A stretch of 64,000 bases of DNA from Octopus sinensis. Its lineage: Eukaryota. The notes under the pieces were generated by a model. It was not told the origin of the DNA, did no database searches, and worked only from the letters and a program-made list of their open reading frames with translations. How positions within the stretch are numbered: position 1 is the stretch's first letter; each line of letters opens with the position of its first letter. The stretch is taken from the NCBI RefSeq assembly GCF_006345805.1, contig NC_043010.1, positions 30,566,001 to 30,630,000 of the forward strand, in the 5' to 3' direction. Shown here piece by piece: positions 47,744 to 61,434 of this stretch. Both the position numbers and the translations under genes were made by a program.

Positions 47744-49584
47744 GTGTGTGCGTGTGTGTGAAACTTGAAAGATAAAAATGATGAATGAGTAAATAATTAA
47801 TACTAAGGCCGTTATATTTTTAAAGTGTAATTTGACCACTAGGGATGACTACCCTAGTGAACAAAATGGACTCTTAAAAAACGGGGGACAAGTTAGTGAA
47901 AATGCATCGATTAATGATACATGAGATCAAATATCTAGCGACTTCATATACCAAATATGAATAGTTGAGGTGGGGGGAGAGTCGTGTAGGGAATTCTGGA
48001 TTCGTGATTGAGCTGTAGATAATTTTATTCAATTTATTTATTTAAATTGTTCTGTATAATATGCAACACAGCTATTAAAGGCAACGAAATTCGGTTGTGG
48101 ATAATCCTCCTCTCCAGGCAATAACAAAAACAACAACAGTAAATAAAAAAAACGAAAACGCTATAAATAGGGACAAAAAACAACTAATAATAATTTATCA
48201 TAAAGATACCACTCTCTCTCTGTTCCTCTCTTTCTCTCTTCTGAGTCACACTCATCTGTCTCTTTGACACAGACATATAACAATTATAAAAGTCACCAGT
48301 TCAGGATCAATATTGTAAAAAATTATGTAAGCAAATAGCAATTAATTTCACTGACGAACATATGAAAGCGTGTGCGTATGTATATGCGTATGCGTGTGTG
48401 TGTGTGTGTGTGTGTGTTGTGTGTGTGTGTGTGGTGTGTGTGTGTGTGAGTGAGTGAGTGTGTGAAGAAGTGCGTGTAATCATTATTATGTGAATGTATG
48501 TGTGCATGTACATGTGTGTATATTTTCAGAAAAAGAGATGCATGCATGTTTGCATGTATGTATGTATGTATGTATGTATGTATGTATATATGTATGCATG
48601 CATGCATGCATGGATGGATGGATGGATGGATGGATGTGTGAATGTGTACATGCTGAAAAGAAACTTGCCATGTCAGGCTGAAAGTTCGATAACATGGGAT
48701 TTGCATCAAGTGTTTTTAAATGGTATATTATGATTCATTGTACGCGCGTTTGTGTGTGTGTTGTGTGTGTTGTGTGTGTGTGTGTGTGTGTGTGAGTGTG
48801 TGTGTGCATTGTTTCACGTTTATTGACTTATATTTGCAGTGATTAGTCACACATTTTACAGTACATTCTCACATACACGGATACATAGATACACACACAC
48901 ACACATACACAAACATACATACACACGCACACATACACACACGCGCGCGCACAGGCACGCACGCACACATACACACACACATACATGCATATACATACGC
49001 ACACACCTCATCTTTCAAAGCTGATGAACTCGTCGACACAACTCGGAGTATCTTGCTACATAGGTTCTTTCTTGCATATACACACTTTTGTAGATAGACT
49101 TTTGAGAGCAGAAACATTTGCAAACACAGCACCTCAAGTATATATGTGAGCGCTTGCATGTGCATATTATGCATTCGTGCGGTCGCACAGCTACTAGGCA
49201 ACAGAGGGGAGGCGATGCGTCTCAGGCGGCACTTTTCTGGGAGCAGCACTTTTGGGTCAGCTATATAAGACCTGTATAGGCCTGAGGTGGCGGCCGAGGG
49301 CGACAAATTCAAAGGCTGCATCCGGCAGCACATACTCTAGTTACGCCATTGTTTGTGTATTCGTGTGTATATTTATATGTGTGTGTGAGTGTGTGTGTGT
49401 GTGAGCGTGTGTTTGTACGTTTAGGCCATCAGACTGAATGAACGCCTTCTAATCATTCAAGACTACATGATACTCTAAATACATTTGAGTCTAGATAGTG
49501 TCCCATCGAAAGTCGATATACATAAACATGTAATATACCGCACCCGATTCAAGTACATTCTCACATACACAGATACATACCGTT

Positions 49585-49619
<35 letters not shown>

Positions 49620-50721
49620 ACACACACACATAAACACACGCACACATGCACACTTACACACGCGCGCACAGGCACATACGCACACACACATCTCATCTTT
49701 CACGGCTTAGTCAGAGGAAGAAAGGTCACATCAATAATCTTATTGAACGGACTCTCACTCTAATAGAGGAAACAGAAGAAACTGCAAGTCGTTGCTGGCT
49801 GTAATAGGGAGTAATGTATGAAAACAAAATGTCGAATTAAAAACGAAGACCAGCGGAAACTACCGGAGACTTCTGGAGATCCCCTGAGACCAATAAAAAC
49901 TATAGGAGACCATATGAGAACACACGAGACTAACGAAACCACTGGAGGCTATTCAAAACCACAGTATGCTCAATCCGAATGATTGCAACAGAGCTGACTC
50001 CACTAAAGATCGCCAAGTGATGGTGGTAATAGTGGAGGTGATAATGGTGGTAATAAATGGGATGGTATATTAAGTTTATCACCCAACAACAGATGTAAGT
50101 CCATCTGGTAGACGGCTACATAGTTTCATCATCATCACCATCATTAGCAGCAGCAGTATTACTGCCTCAGGTCCAAGGCTGATTACGCGGTTTCCATGGA
50201 CATACGAGTGACCGAGATCACATCATTCTCCTTGAACAGAACGTCAGAACACAATTCAAGAACACAACACAACACACCGCCCGGTACGGGAATCGAAACA
50301 ATTACCTGACGATCTTGAATGTAACACTCTAACCACGTGCCTTCAATACATAGTTTCCATCTCCCCAAATTCTACGAAAAGTCTTTGGAGGTAATGGTAA
50401 AGAGACGTATGTCCAAGATATTGGTGGATACGACAGAGAGATGAGTCACAATGAAATAGACTCTTCTAAGTTTTGGCTGTATATGGTAGCCATTCGGTCA
50501 CGGTATGGGAGTCAATAGAAACAACTTGCCTAAGGCTTGGGTATCCTTTAGTAGAAATACACTTAGGTAAATTTTTGCTCGGTCAATTTTGGTAGAAATA
50601 GGACTACCTGAAGTATGAGTGGCTATGGAAGAGAGGAGACATTTGCTCAGGTCTTGAGAAGATGGCTATAGCAGAGTAGTTGTGTCAGAGAATTGCCCAA
50701 GTATTGAATAGATATCTCTTT

Positions 50722-51072
50722 CTCTTTTTCTCTTTTACTTGTTTCAGTCATTTGACTGCGGCCATGCTGGAGCACCGCCTTTAATCGAGCAACTCGACCC
50801 CGGGACTTATTCTTTCTAAGCCCAGTACTTATTCTATCGGTCTCTTTTGCCGAACCGCTAAGTTACGGGGACGTAAACACACCAGCATCGGTTGTCAAGC
50901 AATGCTAGGGGGATAAACACAGACACACAAACACACACACATACATATATACGACAGGCTTCTTTCAGTTTCCGTCTACCAAATCCACTCACAAGGCATT
51001 GGTCGGCCCGGGGCTATAGCAGAAGACACATGCCCAAGATGCCACGCAGTGGGACTGAACCCAGAACCATGG
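50722..51072 (-). mobile_element. Type A SINE, head truncated
   Basis: Reverse complement closely matches 34775-35150. Confidence 0.9.
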
Positions 51073-51714
51073 TAGAGAAATATTATCAAAGAGCTGGAAG
51101 ATTATGATAGAGAGAGAGAGAGATAGAGAGAGAGAGAGACTTTTCCAATATAGCTCGCCCAGAATCAGATAATTCGTAAGTGAATTTCTCAACCACATAG
51201 CCATACCTTCATTTTGACTTCACCCATTGATCAGATTGCTTGTCTGTCTAGCTGAAATAAATCGTTAGTACCGCCTTACCATATACTTAAGTACAACAAG
51301 ATCTGACCTGTATCCGAGGAACTGAACTGGTTTTAAATATAAACAATTAAATTGGGGAGAAGAGTTGGGGTGGTGAAGTGGGTTTTCCAAACGTTTTAAA
51401 GCATGAAAAGCATAAAACCAGTAAATATATTGTTTATATATGTTTGTATTTATGTGAATGTATGATTATATGTGTCGTTACTGTGTATGTGTATGTATTT
51501 GTATGTGAATATATGTGTGTGTGTGTGTGCATGTGTGTGTATGTAACTATGTGTATGTGTATGTTTGTAATAATATAATAATAACTGGTAAACATATCAA
51601 TAAACAAATTCAGCTGTTGGTTTTGAAATTTTGTCATACACACACACACACACACATACATACATACACATACATACATACATAACATACATACATACAT
51701 AATACATACATACA

Positions 51715-51746
<32 letters not shown>

Positions 51747-52042
51747 CATACATACATACATTCATGCATATATGTATACATATATATTCCAAATATATAT
51801 GTATTCCGAATATATATATATACTCCAATCAATACGAATCGTAAGCTAAGGGAAAGTAACTCAAGTGGGCCATTGGCACAAATTTAGATAAAGCAAGTAG
51901 GTGACGATGTACTGAATAGCATATTATAAAAATTACCAATCGATTGAAACAAGCCTCTTAGTTCGAGAAGGAAACAAAGAAACAATCAAGCGGCAATTAG
52001 TAGTCATTCTTAATAAGAAGGGGGAGATAATTTCAAGAATCT

Positions 52043-52458
52043 TATTTCTTTATTACCCACAAGGGGCTAAACATAGAGAGGACAAACAAGGACAGACAAA
52101 GGGATTAAGTCGATTACATCGACCTCAGTACGTAACTGGTACTTAATTTATCGACCCCGAAAGGATGAAAGGCAAAGTCGACCTCGGCGGAATTTGAACT
52201 CAGAACGTAGCGGCAGACGAAATACCTATTTCTTTACTACCCACAAGGGGCTAAACATAGAGGGGACAAACAAGGACAGACAAACGGATTAAGTCGATTA
52301 CATCGACCCCAGTGCGTAACTGCTACTTAATTTATTGACCCCGAAAGGATGAAAGGCAAAGTCGACCTCGGCGGAATTTGAACTCAGAACGTAACGGCAG
52401 ACGAAATACGGCTACGCATTTCGCCCGGCGTGCTAACGATTCTGCCAGCTCGCCACCT
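52043..52458 (-). mobile_element. Type B SINE dimer
   Basis: Unit 1 52458-52227; unit 2 52226-52043 starts at ggtatttcgtctg, the same internal position as at 25889. Confidence 0.9.
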
Positions 52459-52649
52459 TGCACCTTAAGATTAATCTCACAGGAAACTGATTTTGCAAGT
52501 TTGAGAGGAAATTTATATATATATGTTGTTTTTTTTTTCATTTTATAGTTTGTTTTCGTTAATATAGGTGTAGGCATGGTTGCATGGTTGCATGATTAAG
52601 AAGTTCGCTTTTCGAACAAGTTGTTTCAGATCTCTAGTGATAGCAACGG

Positions 52650-53155
52650 TATTCTTCCATGAAGACCTACATAAAGTGCCTGGAAGAGGTAGTGTTGCCC
52701 TGGGTTAAGAAGGTGGCTGCTGGAAGAACCTGTATCTGGCAACAGGACTCTGCATCATGCCACACAAGCAGGAGAACTCAATCATGGCTGTCAGACAATT
52801 TCTGCGACCATGCCACCCCTAACATCTGGCCACCTAACTCCCCAGACTGCAAACCCCTTGTTTATTATGTGTTGGGCACAGTTGAGCGAGGGACCAACAA
52901 AGCTACATGTAACATCAAAGATGAACTGAAGGCAAGGATTACAGCAGCAATCACCAACTTAAACAAGAGTTGCAGGAGATTCCAAAGTCGTCTGGAGGCG
53001 TGGTTGAAGCCAATGGCGATTTTATTGAATAAATTTACTCTTTAGTATTTCAAGATATTTTTGTGTAATTTTGGTAAATATATCTGTTAAAATGAGATGT
53101 CAGTGTTATTTTCATTTTTGCGTAATTTAGACGACAGTTTATTCGCCATACCCTG
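52650..53155 (+). mobile_element. 5'-truncated Tc1/mariner element (DD37D/maT-like)
   Basis: IWQQDSASCHTSRRTQSWL...IWPPNSPDCKPLVYYV; ends ...attcgccataccctg followed by TA. Confidence 0.8.
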
Positions 53156-53225
<70 letters not shown>

Positions 53226-53303
53226 CATGCATGTATGTATGTATGTATGTATGTATGTATGCATGTATGCATGTATGTATGTATGTATATACATACATAT
53301 ATA

Positions 53304-53334
<31 letters not shown>

Positions 53335-53677
53335 ATGTATGTATGTATGTATGTATGTATATATGTATGTATATAAAAGCACTCAACGCTTTAGCAGGAA
53401 TTACATATATTATTGTTTAAAACAGTTAATTCAGCTCCATGCGATGAACCGGAACGCATTAGGTTTCTGTAAGAAGCCTGTAAAACCTGAAGTCGCATGA
53501 AGCCTAATCAAACTGTTTGTCGGTTTGTCTGCTACTCTGTAAATCTATCTATCTATCTATACTTCTGTCTGACTGTTTGTCTATGTATCTGCCCACATCT
53601 GTGTATTTATATGCATGTATATCATTTGATCTATTTTCCATTGCATACATCCGTACACACACACACACACACACACA

Positions 53678-53726
<49 letters not shown>

Positions 53727-54246
53727 ACACACCATGATTGCATAATTGTATAATTGAACTGATTACATTCTGTTGCGTCTCTATTAATGACTCCATATCA
53801 CATTTTGTTTCGTTACGCCCTATCAAACATACGCATCAATATGACCATATTCTGTCGTACTGAGTTTTATTCTATTGTGGAACAATACGGAAATTTAGCT
53901 ATTCTGGCCCATCGCCGTCACACATCACTTCATTTCGATAAGGTACGGATAGATCATGACATTTATCTCCACTTCACAGCACAAGCTTTTCATGTTAGTT
54001 GCGTCACCCCACATCCCGCATCATTACATTGCATCAAGTTATGTTAGGATATGACACCGTTGCAACACTTTGTCGCTAATTTTCGGCCAGATCACTGGGT
54101 CTCGACCGCTTTTGGTGTTTGTTTGGAAGCGGAAATTTTCTGGCATTGTACTAAATGTTAGAAATCACGATCATGTGGTATTTAGGGACAGTTTTTTCAC
54201 ATTCTGAGATCAACTTTGCCTTTCATCCTCTCGCATGTATATAGAG

Positions 54247-54279
<33 letters not shown>

Positions 54280-54343
54280 CATACATACATACATACATAC
54301 ATACATACATACATACATACATACATACATACATACATACACA

Positions 54344-54646
54344 GTGGAGGTACATGGCCTAGTGGTTTGAGCAACGGACTCGCGGTCGAGGGATCGCAAG
54401 TTCGAATCTCAGACCAAGTGATGTGTGTGTTTTGAGCAAAACACCTAAGCTCCACGCGGCTCCGGCAGAAGGTAATGGCGAACTTCTGCTGACTCTTTCG
54501 CCACAACTTTCTTTCACTCTTTTCTCCTGCATCTTGCAGCTCACCTGCGGTGGACCTGCGTCTCGTTCAGGTGGGAAACCTATACGCCAAGGAAACGGGG
54601 AAACCGGCCCTATGAGCCAGGCGTGGCTCGAGAAGGAACAACAACA
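54344..54646 (+). mobile_element. tRNA-derived SINE with V-domain-like core, inside a (CATA)n array
   Basis: A-box TGGCCTAGTGG, B-box AGTTCGAATC; cctgcggtggacctgcgtctcgttcagg resembles the recalled V-SINE core; (CAA)n tail. Confidence 0.7.
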
Positions 54647-55193
54647 TACATACATACATACATACACACACATACATACATACATACATACATACATACA
54701 TACATACATACATACATACATACATACATACATACATACATACATACATACATACATACATTCATACATATACAGACAGGCAAGCAGGAAGGTAGGCAGA
54801 CAGATAGCCAGACAAGTATGTGTTTGTATGTTCTCTTAAAATGTCTTTACGGAAAACAAGCTGGTCATTAACGTGAAAGATGTCTTTCCTGTTTGAGTCA
54901 GTAAGAGTTTGAAATGTCTATGCGAGTGTGAGTGGACATGCGCGCGCGCATTTGAGTGTATGTACGTGCGTGTTTGACTATGTGTATTTGAGTGTGTGTG
55001 TGTGTAACATATGTGAATATAGATATAACTGCATGCTTGTCATGAGCGCATTCCTCCTGGATGTGTAAATGTAAATGTGGACGAACTCGTGCAATGTACA
55101 CTTGCGCGCGAGCGTGTATGTATGTGTATGTATGTGTGTCAGTGTATTGATTACAAAAGAGATACTTTAACATTTTTTCTTATATTTTTGCAG

Positions 55194-56607
55194 TGGCCGG
55201 GAGATATTGACTCGTTCCAAGAAATCCTTCCCGAACTGAATATTCAGTATCGCAGACAACACTCAAGGACAGACTATAGAACCAACCAACGAATCGGGCA
55301 GACTGCCAGCCAAACAACCAAGCAGCGCCTCCTACTGGCGACAAAAGCAGTATGAATTTATCTATTAACAAACTTTGTCTTCCGCTGTCACGTGAAACAA
55401 ATAAACAGTAAACCGATAAAGGGACATCGTCACTCAGTGGAAATCAACGAGTAACAATACACCAGGAGGGAACTTCCTAGAGGAAACTCACTAGGGAGAC
55501 TCACCAGCAGCCACTAAATTGTTACATCTAAACCTAAGTAAAACAACAAGCAGCATGTAACAAATAAACATGTATCAACCAATCATTGGCAACTAACTTG
55601 AAACAAACACTCTGTGGTGATCATCTGACAGCAGCTAACTTATGGCAATCAATAAATAGCAATCAGAGATAGCAGATCACCAAGCAATATTTGTCTGTGA
55701 ATGTCTATTGTCAGCCATTCTGTGACAGCTTCTGTTCTTGCTAAAATAAAGTCAAACATTTATCAGCAGTTCTAAAATTGTATAAAAATTATCTCAACGT
55801 CCCTCCACATTTCAGTAAATACCGAATCAGTTTCAACCATCCAACCAATATCAGTCATCAACCAGCGACAGCCATCCAATCAGTATCAACCATCCAAACA
55901 TTTTTAAGCTATCCAATCGACTAAAACTGTCCATAAAAGGAACTTTGGGAAACATCTAACCACTGACCAGTATTTGTCATCAAGTGGTATCAACCATCGA
56001 ATAATCATAAATTATCAACTGACCAGACGTTAGCATAACTGACTGTAACTCATACAATTGTGTTTCTTAACGGTCTGTCTCACTGATAACCAACCGTCCA
56101 TAAATCAGCAGTAACCAGTCAACCAACGAGCAGTAAAGAAATTCCGAAACAACAAATCATCCAGCATTGCCCATCCATTCATCCATCTACTGGTTACTGC
56201 TCATCTATCGATTCATTAATCATCCACGTTCCATCTACCAGCAACCTCTTCAAGGTTCATCATTCTTTCGACCAGAAGTACCAAACAGTGGTATTTTAAC
56301 CAATCAAATCACTTAACTATCTTTTGTATCTGTTAATCACCAGTTAGCAGCTGCGATTTTGAATATTCTGCTATAATCCAACCAGCAAATTTAAGCAATT
56401 GGCCAATAGCAAGTTATCATCCAACCATCAAGAAACCATAACTCCAGCAGCTCTTTTATCCATCCGAACCAGCAACCGCTACAATCTAACCAACGGCAAT
56501 ACCAATCGGTAGCATTGTCACCAACCGTCAGCAGTGCTACCACTAAACCATCAGTATACAACCAGCCACCCAATTAACTTGTTAATCGGCAACTACCCAC
56601 CGACATC
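55194..56607 (+). other. Putative long 5' UTR portion of the first coding exon of the K2P gene
   Basis: Strong acceptor ttttttcttatatttttgcag ending at 55193; no microsatellites or SINEs up to the ATG; no ATG in 55704-56607. Confidence 0.5.
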
Positions 56608-57016
56608 ATGGACCAATTGCAGCAAGGAATTCTTGAGAGTCCAAAGCGCTTACATAAAGCCGTCCGAACCTTAATCAATATCATAAAGTCGTGGTTCGGT
56701 CTTCTCATACTTCTGATGATTTATTCGCTGCTCGGTGCCTACGTGTTTATGGAGGTAGAAGGCCCAGCTGAAAGAAAGAGGCGCGCCGGCTTGCTTCGTG
56801 AGCGTCTCTATCTGGGTGATTTGCTCTGGAACCTCACCTTAAATTACGATGGTGACCCGCAGTCCTACAACAACTGGACGCAGTATGTCAAGGAACAATT
56901 GCCTCGCTACGAAGAACGTATATATCAGGCGTACAAGTACTCCATGTCTTCGGATGCTGAGGTTTGGGACTTCTACGGAGCGTTGCTGTACTGCGGTACG
57001 ATTTACACTACAATAG
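56608..57016 (+). CDS. Two-pore-domain K+ channel (K2P, TWiK/TWK-18-like), first coding exon: M1, cap and P1 start
   Basis: ATG in strong context (atcATGg) with in-frame TAA at 56575; M1 WFGLLILLMIYSLLGAYVFMEVEG; pore helix WDFYGALLYCGTIYTTIG; donor GTAGGA at 57017 (phase 1). Confidence 0.93.
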
Positions 57017-57659
57017 GTAGGAGAGTTCCACGTTTGACCTTCCGTACTGATTACATGCTCACCTATTTATCCCAGCACTTCTTTGTCCATGTTCCTTTCG
57101 GGTTCCCTTTCCAAAAAGTTGGGCCACCTACTCATTTAAATGTTTAAAAATAAAAATGTTCCATATCTTATAATAGGTTGTTGTATACCCAGTAGGATGT
57201 ATCGAGGAGACGGCTTTTTTTAAATAGAGGACAGAAAGTACTCATAACTCTTCAAGAGCCTCCGAGCCTGATGGCAAAAAACTTTCTTCAGACCAGGGAC
57301 CTGGCCCAAATTCTTACCACTAAAGTCAACCAAGGGCCATGAAGTGTCGTTTAACAGGGCTAGGTTTTCCATCCAGTATGGCGGCATCCATTTTGTTTTT
57401 ATCTTTTTGGTGTGGTCGAAAATTACGGGTTCGAAAATTAAGTGAAAGAATAACTCAACCAGAGATCAAAACTGTATAGCGAGCTTTGATCCATCCTATT
57501 ATTGTTTCGTGGTTACATAAGATAACATATATTGAAACACGAGAAATTAGTCATCCATTAAACACCCGATATCCATTAATTGTTTCTTTTACAACAGATC
57601 AAACAAAAACAATACGTAAGAGTGGTAGTTTCTTTTTTTTCAATCACTTATCACCTACA

Positions 57660-58230
57660 GCTACTATCATCATCATCATCATGTTCATCATCATTCCCTT
57701 CACCATTATCGCGACCACTATCCTCACCACCACCATCATCACTATCATCATCATCATCATCATCATCATCAACATTGAGATCACGACTATTGTTTATAAT
57801 CATCACCACTACGATCATCACGGTCACTATCAGCACCATGATCCCCTTCCATCACTAGCATCATCGACTACCGAACGACTATTATAACCACCACTACCAC
57901 TACTACCACTACCACCATTACTATTATTGCCAAGACAATCTGTTGTCACTAACACCATTACAATCAACCTCCGAACACCACCGCCATCACCACCACCACT
58001 GCCACCTTCACACCACATCACAAGGAAACATTGCCATCAACTACAATCTTGCACCATTAACGTCTTTATCACTAGTGTTATCTTCATCACCACCATCAAC
58101 AACATCATCAGCATCATCATCATCAACAATAACAACGTCCACATTGCTTACAGCGACATTGTCAACTTTATTGCCATTACCACCACCAATGCCACCAACA
58201 TTAAAACCAATACCAGTGCTATAATCTTTT
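57660..58230. repeat. Degenerate (CAT)n/(CAC)n trinucleotide region in intron
   Basis: Read directly. Confidence 0.85.
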
Positions 58231-58239
58231 AGCACACAT

Positions 58240-58318
<79 letters not shown>

Positions 58319-58516
58319 CATGCACATACACTCAGGCACAGCCATGCACACACACACACACATACACACATGCACGCTGACAAATACATACACACGCACA
58401 GACAACTTACACACATGTACACACACACACCCATACACACTCACACTCAAACACGTGCGTGCATAGGCACACACACACACTCACACACATACACATGCAC
58501 AGACACAGACACACAT

Positions 58517-58562
<46 letters not shown>

Positions 58563-59062
58563 ACACACACACACAAAACACTATGTTTTCAGAGCAATGG
58601 CGTCATCTGTTTCAGTCAATCAATAGAACAACGTGAAGCCAGCTGTACTGTTAGCTTTGAGCTGATAGGTTCGGCTGTAATAGAGGATAACTGAGATCTC
58701 GTAGTTGTTACGTTCTTAAGACGATATTGATCTGCTGTAATAACACAGAGGGAGCTTTTTTTGTTTTACAAGACAGAAATTCTGAACTGAAAGAGAAAGA
58801 GATTTATCAATCTCTAGAGAGCGTTTGTTCACCGTCAGATGACATCCAAAGATGGATTAATTGTCTACAAGTAATAGTAGTGGTGGTGGTGGTGGTGGTG
58901 GTGGTGGTGGTGATGGTGGTGGTAGTAGTAGTAGTAGTAGTATAGTAGTAGTAGTAGTATGAAGGGTTATAGAAAAGCAATTAATGGATGTCCAAATAAA
59001 AAAAAAGTAACAGTTCGGCCAACAGATTTAGAAACAAACAGAAAATAAATTAGGTAGATATA

Positions 59063-59468
59063 GGCGCAGGAGTGGCTGTGTGGTAAGTAGCTTGCTTACC
59101 AACCACATGATTCCGGGTTCAGTCGCATTGCGTGGTACCTTCGGCAAGTGTCTTCTACTGTAGCCTCGGGTCGACCAAAGCCTTGTGAGTGGATTTGGTA
59201 GACGGAAACTGAAAGAAGCCCGTCGTATATATGTATATGTGTGGTGTGTGTGTGTGTGTGTGTTTGTGTGACTGTGTTTGTCCCCCCCCCAACATCGCTT
59301 GTCAACCGATGCTGGTGTGTTTGCGCCCCCGTGACTTAGCGGTTCGGCAAAAGAGACCGATAGAATAAGTACTCGGCTTACAAAGAATAAGTCCTGGGGT
59401 CAATTTGCTCGACTAAAGGCAGTGCTCCAGCATGGCCGCAGTCAAATGACTGAAACAAGTAAAAGAGT
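59063..59468 (+). mobile_element. Full-length type A SINE in the K2P intron
   Basis: Starts ggcgcaggagtggctgtgtggt and ends gaaacaagtaaaagagta. Confidence 0.92.
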
Positions 59469-59985
59469 ATAGAAGAGCGATAACAGGAGAAAACAAACTA
59501 GAAAAGGTTTGACTGATGAACGAGGGGATATTTTAGACACATTGATAAAAGGGGAGTCGAAAAGATGGCAGGTTGTGTTTGTGTTTGTGTGTGTGTGTAT
59601 GTGTGTGCGATTTTGTCTCAAACAAGGCTTCGTGCCGCTGTAACGTACAGAAGGCTTACAAATTCAAAAGATGTCGATTGACAGAAGTTTGAAGGATTGA
59701 ATATCATAGGCCAGGGGAAAACAAGACGATGGTGATCAGTTCCACAGAGGAATGAAAGTATTAGAATAAAAGGACATATGAATAACAGGAACTTCAACTG
59801 AGAAACATCTATGAATATTGATTTTGGCATAGGGACAGCAATTTCATTGATCGAAAAGTGCTCAGTGTTAATAAAAATTATTTTCGAAGGGGACAATGGA
59901 GAAAACTCCCAGATTTCAGTTCACCAAAAATGGAAAGAACATATGTTGGGTAGAGTGAAGTTGATCTTGGTAGCTAAGATAGCAG

Positions 59986-60026
59986 CTTCAGATATGTTTC
60001 GGTCTCATTAGACCTCCTCAGTGCAG
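59986..60026 (-). ncRNA. Minimal type I hammerhead ribozyme, antisense to the K2P intron
   Basis: Minus strand: ctgca-CTGAGGA-GGTCT-aatg-AGACC-GAAA-CATA-TC-tgaag; stem I 4 of 5 pairs; stem III one change from palindromic ACATGT. Upstream on the same strand is a possible PLE C-terminus (ICLEYKFI...NEI). Confidence 0.78.
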
Positions 60027-60384
60027 TATAGTCAACATACAAATACCAGGACCTCAGAACGACCAAAAGATATATTTGTGTGTGTGTGTGTGTGTGTGTG
60101 AAAATAATTCACAGATAAAAGACACTATAGTCACGGCTAGAACTAGATATCTGAAGGCCGTTTGTATCGACACTCTAACACTATGTTTCTCAAAGTAGTT
60201 TCCGAGAAACCAGAGTTGATAAATTTCGTTCCATGAAATAAGGTGTCTTATAATAAATTCAATAAATTTATATTCTAAACATATAGTATTTATACTTTCG
60301 GAATAAGTCATTATATACATAACTTATCACTTAAAATAGATTTTTATTAAATTAAGTCAATGATAGTATATATATATATATATA

Positions 60385-61168
60385 CGATGTGTGATCAATA
60401 AGTATCCGGACTGTTGCTATAGTAACGAAGCTAAAGCACACAAAGTAAAGCCGCTTGGCACAGGTTGACCTTGAACTCTGTTGTACATGCGCACTAAGTT
60501 TTAACATTCTTGCTCACTTCCGCTGTTTACAGCAGTGCTTGGAAGGAAGGTGTGTAGCATGTCATCGTCCTATTGACCATGACAGAGTGTGTTGTCATGG
60601 CGATACCAGCTCAGAGGCTTACGCAAAGTTGCAGAAAGTGTATGGAGAGGAGTGTATGAGTCGGACATAAGTGTACGAGTGGTTGAGACGTTTCCAAGAT
60701 GGCCGAAAAAAAGGTCGATATCGTCGAACGTTCTGGGAGGCCTACAAGCAGCAGAACTGAAAAAAACATTGCAGATATGCGTGCAGCTGTGAGAGGAAAT
60801 TGTCGAATCACCATCCGTGAGTTATCAGCAGATGTGTTAATTAGTTACGGTTCGGTTCAGTTCAGTCCAGTCCATTATCACGGAAGATTTCGGTCTGCCA
60901 AGTTTGTGCCAAAACTGCTTTCAGCTAATCAAAAAGACACTCGGGTTTCAGTTGCACAAGATCTCCTTGATTGTGTCGATAGCGATAAAAGCTTTTTGAA
61001 AACTTGGCGTTGGCCCCTGATCAGGGATCGCCAAGCTTTTGACAAAATTTGATGCAGATTCTCTGCTCCACTTTCTCTGTGATAGTCAATGCGACGATCA
61101 CACGCTACACACCTACCTGCTTTAGGTTCTTTACTATGGCAACAGTCCAGATACTTATTGATCAGACC

Positions 61169-61171
<3 letters not shown>
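60385..61171 (+). mobile_element. Internally deleted mariner element
   Basis: ~40-bp imperfect TIRs (..tgatcaataagtatc.ggactgttgc.atagtaa); AYAKLQKVYGEECMSRT, ERSGRPTSSRTEKNI, RITIRELSADVLISYGSVQ and SAKFVPKLLS. Confidence 0.85.
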
Positions 61172-61215
<44 letters not shown>

Positions 61216-61232
61216 GTGTGTGTGCGTGCGTG

Positions 61233-61393
61233 TTTATTCTTTTACTTGTTTCAGTTATTTGACTGCAACCATGCTAGAACATCGCCTTGAAAGGTTTTAG
61301 TCGAACAAATCGGACTTATAGCCTAGTAAACACACCAATACCGGTTGTCAAACGGTGATGGAGGACAAACAATGACACACAAACACACACACA

Positions 61394-61434
<41 letters not shown>

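Noticed and set aside
57017-57147. C-terminal extension of the 179-aa K2P ORF
   Set aside because: Read-through past the donor at 57017; splicing to 62740 restores TIGYG.
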